Source of the DNA: Nitrospirota bacterium
GTDB lineage: Bacteria > Nitrospirota > UBA9217
NCBI GenBank assembly: GCA_035623825.1
Contig: DASPSR010000052.1
Coordinates: 10,699 to 74,698 of the forward strand
DNA length: 64,000 nucleotides
Reading direction: 5' to 3'
The position numbers and the translations under genes are program-made. This document shows, one piece after another, positions 58,909 through 64,000 of this stretch. How positions within the stretch are numbered: the stretch's first letter is position 1; each line of letters begins with the position of its first letter. A model generated the notes under the pieces. That model made no database searches. It was not told where the DNA came from and saw only the letters and a list, made by a program, of their open reading frames with translations.

Positions 58909-61305
58909 ATGCAGAAGCGCGATCTGGCGATATGGTTCAAAGACCTTGGCAAGGAGGATATCCCGCGAGTCGGGGGGAAATGCGCCAATCTCGGAGAGCT
59001 CTACGGGAAGATAGGCGTGCCGGTTCCAAACGGTTTTGCTGTTTCAGCAGATGCATACGGGTTCTTTCTGGAAAAAAATCGCGCTCCTGAACGGATTGGT
59101 GCACTGCTGGCCGATATCGATATGAACGACCTGGAAGCGCTAGAGGGGGCCTCACGGCAGATCAGGGCGCATATCGAAGGCCTCTCGATGCCCAAAGAAA
59201 CAGGGGATGCAATCCTTGCCGCATACGGCGAGCTCTGCAAGCAGCGCGGGGGGAAGGAGGTTGCCGTGGCGGTCCGGTCATCGGCAACGGCAGAGGACTT
59301 GCCGGGCGCCAGTTTTGCCGGCCAGCAGGACACTTTCCTGAACGTGACTGGTCAGACCCTCCTCCAGAAGGTTCAGCAGTGCTGGAGCTCCCTGTTCACG
59401 CCGCGGGCCATCTTTTACCGGAAAGAAAAAGGATTTGCCCAGGACGAAGTGCTGATAAGCGTGGCAGTCCAGGAGATGATTGATTCGAAGGCTTCGGGGG
59501 TCATGTTCACGCTGGAGCCGGTACGGGGTGATAGAAATCTAATAGTTATCAACGCAGCCTGGGGGCTCGGCGAAGCTGTCGTGAGCGGCCAGGTAACGCC
59601 TGACGAATATGCGCTGGAAAAAGGCACGTTCCGAATTATCGACAGAAAAGTATTCAAGAAACAGAGACAGATCGTGTACGATCAGGCGGGCGGCACCATG
59701 TGGGCGGCGGTTCCCGAAAATATGCAGAACATACAGGCGCTTAGCGACGCATTAATTGTACGGCTGGCTCGCTACGGCATCCAGATCGAAGACCATTATG
59801 GAACCGCTCAGGACATAGAGTGGGCAGTCGATAAAGATGACCGCATATTCATCCTCCAGGCACGGCCTGAGACCGTCCATCAGTCACAGGCAGGAGGGCA
59901 GGAAGGGAAAAAGAGAGAGGAGAAGGGACCTATGGAACAGGAAATCCTAGTTCGCGGTCTGGGAGTAAGCCCGGGGCAGGGTTCGGGCGAGGCAAAAGTC
60001 ATTGTCAATGTCAAGGACATCGGCAGTTTTCAGGACGGCCAGGTCCTGGTGACGGAGATGACCACGCCTGACTGGGTGACGGCCATGAAAAAGGCCTCTG
60101 CGATCGTTACGAATCTGGGAGGCAAAACATGTCATGCCGCTATCGTGAGCCGCGAGCTCGGGATCCCGTGCGTCGTCGGCACTGAGAACGCGACAAAGGT
60201 CCTGTCGGGCGGTGAGACCGTGACCGTGGACGGGCAGCGGGGCCTGGTATTCAGGGGTGCGGCCGTGAAAAGGGCGAAGGAGCAGCCAGGCATAGCGCCT
60301 CCCGCTCTATCTTCTGCTCAGCCCGTAACGGCCACCAAGGTGTACGTGAATCTTTCGGTTCCCGAGATCGCAGACAAGGTTGCCCAGGAGACGAACGCCG
60401 ACGGCGTTGGCCTGCTGAGGGCAGAGCACATGATGCTTGAGATCGGGAAACATCCGAGACTTCTTATCGAGGAGGGCGGAGCGCAGAAGATGGTGGATAC
60501 CTTCGCACATGGCATTGGGAAGGTGGCCGAGGCGTTCTTCCCGCGTCCTGTGGTGTATCGGTTCCTCGACTTTAAGCCCGACGAATTTCTCGCGCTGCCG
60601 GGCGGAGAGAAATACGAGCGGGGGCACGTCGGCCCGAATCCCATGATCGGATTCCGGGGTGAATACCGGTACGCAAAAGAAGACGATCTCTTCAGGCTTG
60701 AACTGCGGGCTGTGAAACACGCCAGGAAGACGATGGGGTTCACCAACGTATGGGTGATGGTTCCTTTCGTAAGAACGATCGAGGTCTTCCGCAAAACGGT
60801 CCAGATCATGCATGAGGAAGGATTGGACAACCGGGCCGATCCCGACTTCAAGCTCTGGATCATGGTGGAGGTCCCGAGCGCTTGCTTCATGATCGATGAG
60901 TTCTGCAGGGAAGGCATCGACGGCGTGAGCTTCGGCACCAATGATCTAACCATGTTGGTGCTCGGCGTGGACCGGAACGATACCTCTGTGCAGGAGATAT
61001 ATGATGAGCGCAATCTCGCCGTCCTGCGGGCGATTGCTTACACTATTGCGATCTGCAGGAAGCATGGCGTAACCACATCGATATGCGGGCAAGCTCCGAG
61101 CGTCTATCCCGACTATCTGGAGTTCATGATCCGGTGCGGATCCACCTCCATCTCGGTCAATCCTGACACTGTTGTCGCATCCAGGAAGATGGTCGCCGCA
61201 GTGGAGCAGAAGATCCAGCTGGAAAAGGCGCTCGGCTTGGCGCCTCGTCCCAGGATCGCGAAGATACCCATGGAGCGGGTTGAATTCTGGAAGCTGGTGG
61301 AATAA
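58909..61305 (+). CDS. ppsA: phosphoenolpyruvate synthase
   Basis: GGKCANLGE, RSSATAEDLP.ASFAGQQ, QARPETV, GGKTCHAAIVSRELG, SFGTNDL. Confidence 0.95.
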   Translation: MQKRDLAIWFKDLGKEDIPRVGGKCANLGELYGKIGVPVPNGFAVSADAYGFFLEKNRAPERIGALLADIDMNDLEALEGASRQIRAHIEGLSMPKETGDAILAAYGELCKQRGGKEVAVAVRSSATAEDLPGASFAGQQDTFLNVTGQTLLQKVQQCWSSLFTPRAIFYRKEKGFAQDEVLISVAVQEMIDSKASGVMFTLEPVRGDRNLIVINAAWGLGEAVVSGQVTPDEYALEKGTFRIIDRKVFKKQRQIVYDQAGGTMWAAVPENMQNIQALSDALIVRLARYGIQIEDHYGTAQDIEWAVDKDDRIFILQARPETVHQSQAGGQEGKKREEKGPMEQEILVRGLGVSPGQGSGEAKVIVNVKDIGSFQDGQVLVTEMTTPDWVTAMKKASAIVTNLGGKTCHAAIVSRELGIPCVVGTENATKVLSGGETVTVDGQRGLVFRGAAVKRAKEQPGIAPPALSSAQPVTATKVYVNLSVPEIADKVAQETNADGVGLLRAEHMMLEIGKHPRLLIEEGGAQKMVDTFAHGIGKVAEAFFPRPVVYRFLDFKPDEFLALPGGEKYERGHVGPNPMIGFRGEYRYAKEDDLFRLELRAVKHARKTMGFTNVWVMVPFVRTIEVFRKTVQIMHEEGLDNRADPDFKLWIMVEVPSACFMIDEFCREGIDGVSFGTNDLTMLVLGVDRNDTSVQEIYDERNLAVLRAIAYTIAICRKHGVTTSICGQAPSVYPDYLEFMIRCGSTSISVNPDTVVASRKMVAAVEQKIQLEKALGLAPRPRIAKIPMERVEFWKLVE

Positions 61306-62157
61306 ATGGAAGGCAGCGATTTCAGGAAGCGTCATCCCCGGAAAAAGGTCATTTATCTCGTAGGGGATAGCACCGGGGAGACGATCAGCAAGCTTGCACG
61401 GGCATCACTGGCGCAATTTAGCCGTGAACAGGTCGAGGTCAAGACCTTTTTCATGATCACGGACAAGCACCACCTTGCTCAGGTCATCAAGCAGGCAGCA
61501 GAGGATGAAGCACTCATCGCATTCACCATCATCCAGCCGCTCTTGAGGGATTTCTTGATTCGAGAGGCCGAGCGCCAGGGGATGAAGGCTATCGACGTAA
61601 TCGGCGACTTCATTCTCCAGCTTTCCACCTTCCTGGAGGAGAAACCCGCGGAGATACCCGGACGGCAGTACGTCCTGGACGAAGACTACTACCGGAGGAT
61701 CGAAGCAATCAATTTTGCGGTAAAGCATGATGACGGGAAAACGCCACAGGGGCTCAAGCTTGCCGATCTGGTCCTCGTCGGGCTTTCCCGGACGAGCAAG
61801 ACACCGCTATCGGCCTATCTCGCCAACCAGGGCTGGAAAGTAGCCAATGTTCCCATTCATCCCGACATGGACCCACCGGACGAGCTGTTGAAGCAGGTCG
61901 ATCCGAAAAGGGTTTTTGGCCTGCTCATTGATGTTGAGCATCTTGTCAAGCTCAGGGCGGCGAGACTGCAGCAACTGGGTCTGGAACCTTACGCGAAATA
62001 TGCCGATCCGGTCACGGTCTGCGATGAGATCGAGTGGTGCAGGACATTTTACGAGCAGCATCCGCGCTGGCGGGTGCTGGACATCTCGAGCCGGGCCATT
62101 GAGGAAACCGCAGCAAGCATCCTCCGTGCGTACCAAACCGGTAAAAAGCCGACGTGA
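61306..62157 (+). CDS. ppsR: PEP synthase/PPDK regulatory kinase-phosphotransferase (DUF299), copy 2
   Basis: GDSTGET, RIEAINFAVKHDDG, GLSRTSKTP, AIEETA. Confidence 0.9.
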   Translation: MEGSDFRKRHPRKKVIYLVGDSTGETISKLARASLAQFSREQVEVKTFFMITDKHHLAQVIKQAAEDEALIAFTIIQPLLRDFLIREAERQGMKAIDVIGDFILQLSTFLEEKPAEIPGRQYVLDEDYYRRIEAINFAVKHDDGKTPQGLKLADLVLVGLSRTSKTPLSAYLANQGWKVANVPIHPDMDPPDELLKQVDPKRVFGLLIDVEHLVKLRAARLQQLGLEPYAKYADPVTVCDEIEWCRTFYEQHPRWRVLDISSRAIEETAASILRAYQTGKKPT

Positions 62158-62612
62158 GCCGATTCTCGGACCTGTCCAAAGCCGTTGCCCCTTGCTGCCA
62201 CAATTATGAAAACATGCCCGGTGCTGGTCAAAAGCGGCGCTCGACCAGAGTTAGGATATCATAGCCCCTGCGCCCGTAATCTCCCCACCGAGAAATCGCA
62301 ATAAAACCAAGTCACTGACGAGTACGCACATTACCACCTACCGCCTGGCTTTTGCTGTCCGCTGCCATATGAGGGGCCAGCCACTTCACAACCTCTCGAT
62401 GACATGTTTAATAAACGACACCATTCGCCTGCCGGGCACTCGCGCGGTCTGACGAGCGAGACCAAAACCAAGACAGCAATAAAACGCAAACCACCTGAAT
62501 GATTTTGACATTTATATGCATGAAAACCTGGTTTGAAGTTTTTTTTGACACACATGTGTGCGAAGTGAGTTTTATTTTCATTATAAAACAAAGCCTTGCG
62601 GAAGCAAGCTAT

Positions 62613-62628
62613 TGGTATAATATTTGCA
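62613..62628 (+). promoter_or_regulatory. sigma54 (-24/-12) promoter
   Basis: TGGTATAATATTTGCA (GG-N10-GC), 70 bp before the GGDEF gene; it also contains TATAAT. Confidence 0.55.
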
Positions 62629-62698
62629 AAAAAATTATACGGATGAATATTCTTAATATCTGCCGGCCAAAAGCCTTGCTCGAGGAAATGGACGCCCT

Positions 62699-64000
62699 AT
62701 GAAATGGAAGATAATTGCTTCATTCATGTTGCTTTTTATAATTTCCGCCCTTGGTTCTGCTATTGTAACTTTGTACGTCGCGAACGCGACGGAGGGCCGC
62801 GATAGCGAAATAAGGCTTCAACAGATGGAGAGCATCCATAGGGAGTTAGTCCGGTCCATTCAAATGGTCCAGTCCGGGATGCAATTGTCTTACATGCCCG
62901 TCGACGGCAAACATTTTCCCAAACCAGGATACTTCACATTCATCAATCAAACGGTCGAACAATGCATAAACTGCCATTATGATCAGGAGATTGTTAGCCA
63001 GATTGATGAAATCCATGCTCTCATTTTGGATTATGGGAAGGCTCTAAACTCTGGCAACAACGCTTGGGCGATCAGCTCCGAGGTCGGCAAAAAGCAAGTT
63101 GACGCTGCAGCCGTCGGGAATAAGATCTTGATCAGTGCTGAAGCCTTGTTCATGCAAGCGAGCAACAAGTTACATTCCACAGCGCAAATCACAAAAAGTC
63201 GGATTAGGCTGGCCTGGTCGATACTGATGGCAACCGTAGTGGCAACTTTCGTCGTGGGCGTTACCATGGCCATGCATCTTATGAAGGCCATTGTCCAACC
63301 CATTCACGCACTCGTTAATGCGACTCGGATGATCGCATCGGGCAAGATGGGATATACAATTGACTATCAGGACAAGACCGAGTTCGGCGAGCTCGCGTCT
63401 CACTTCAACGCCATGAGCATCTCATTGAAGGACAGCTACGCGAAGCGTGATGATGAGATTGCCGAGAGGAAAAAAGCTGAACAGAAACTCATCCATGATG
63501 CTTTCCATGACGCACTGACCGGCCTGCCGAACCGGGCCCTTTTCATGGACAGGCTCCAGCACGCCATCACCACATCTCAGCGCCGGGCCGGCACTCCCTA
63601 CTACGCGGTGCTCTTCTGCGACATAGACCGCTTCAAGGTGATCAATGACAGCCTCGGCCACCCCATGGGTGATCAGCTCCTTTTCACCGTCGGGCGAAAG
63701 CTCATTGACTGCGTTCGCCCCGGCGACACCGTGGCGCGCCTGGGAGGAGACGAATTCGCAATCCTTCTGGAGAACATAGGCGATCTCGCTCACGCTAAAG
63801 ATGTTGCCGAACGGGTGAAGCGAATGTTTTCAGCGCCAGTCGCCGTCAGGGAAAACGATATTTTTACATCTTTGAGCATCGGAATCGCGATAGGAACAGA
63901 GCGGTATGAACGGCCGGAGCAGGCCCTGCGCGACGCGGACATCGCAATGTACGAGGCAAAAAGCCGAGGGAACTCCTCCTATGAGATCTTCGATGCCAAG
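62699..64000 (+). CDS. membrane diguanylate cyclase: TM, periplasmic CxxCH domain, TM, HAMP, GGDEF (runs off the window end)
   Basis: Hand translation from ATG 62699: MKWKIIASFMLLF...CINCH...QPIHAL...HDALTGLPNR...NDSLGHPMGD...RPGD..RLGGDEF. Not in the ORF track because there is no stop in the window. Confidence 0.9.
   Translation, partial: MKWKIIASFMLLFIISALGSAIVTLYVANATEGRDSEIRLQQMESIHRELVRSIQMVQSGMQLSYMPVDGKHFPKPGYFTFINQTVEQCINCHYDQEIVSQIDEIHALILDYGKALNSGNNAWAISSEVGKKQVDAAAVGNKILISAEALFMQASNKLHSTAQITKSRIRLAWSILMATVVATFVVGVTMAMHLMKAIVQPIHALVNATRMIASGKMGYTIDYQDKTEFGELASHFNAMSISLKDSYAKRDDEIAERKKAEQKLIHDAFHDALTGLPNRALFMDRLQHAITTSQRRAGTPYYAVLFCDIDRFKVINDSLGHPMGDQLLFTVGRKLIDCVRPGDTVARLGGDEFAILLENIGDLAHAKDVAERVKRMFSAPVAVRENDIFTSLSIGIAIGTERYERPEQALRDADIAMYEAKSRGNSSYEIFDAK

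Noticed and set aside
63640-63680. The GGDEF protein as the cGAMP synthase feeding the A20 riboswitch
   Set aside because: It retains Asp in GHPMGD; Hypr (cGAMP-making) GGDEFs have Ser/Thr at this position.

Overview
A gene-dense, moderately GC-rich bacterial chromosome segment with no rRNA, tRNA, CRISPR or transposase visible. Gene content suggests an anaerobic Nitrospirota/Desulfobacterota-like organism (inference only). From left to right: a membrane glycosylation cluster (TMTC-like, ArnT-like, GT87, GT2), ettA, ppnP and a second ABC-F gene; a GEMM-I riboswitch carrying the G20A change typical of 3',3'-cGAMP sensors, heading a ~12 kb nine-gene envelope/peptide-ABC operon; PPi-type PFK and moaAC; a CIRCE/HrcA heat-shock locus (hsp20, hrcA-grpE-dnaK-dnaJ); lgt; a radical SAM/SPASM maturase next to an uncalled 20-aa Cys-rich precursor peptide (candidate new RiPP system); 2-oxoacid:ferredoxin oxidoreductase; an ECF sigma/anti-sigma/DUF4139 unit with a repeated promoter; an uncalled two-Sec glutaredoxin-like selenoprotein; a Trx-fold/TrxR fusion; LemA-TPM-nucleotidyltransferase; PEP synthase flanked by two regulatory paralogues; and an uncalled, truncated heme-c/HAMP/GGDEF gene. 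The strongest novelty candidates are the RiPP locus (43.8-45.5 kb) and the A20-riboswitch operon (14.0-26.2 kb).
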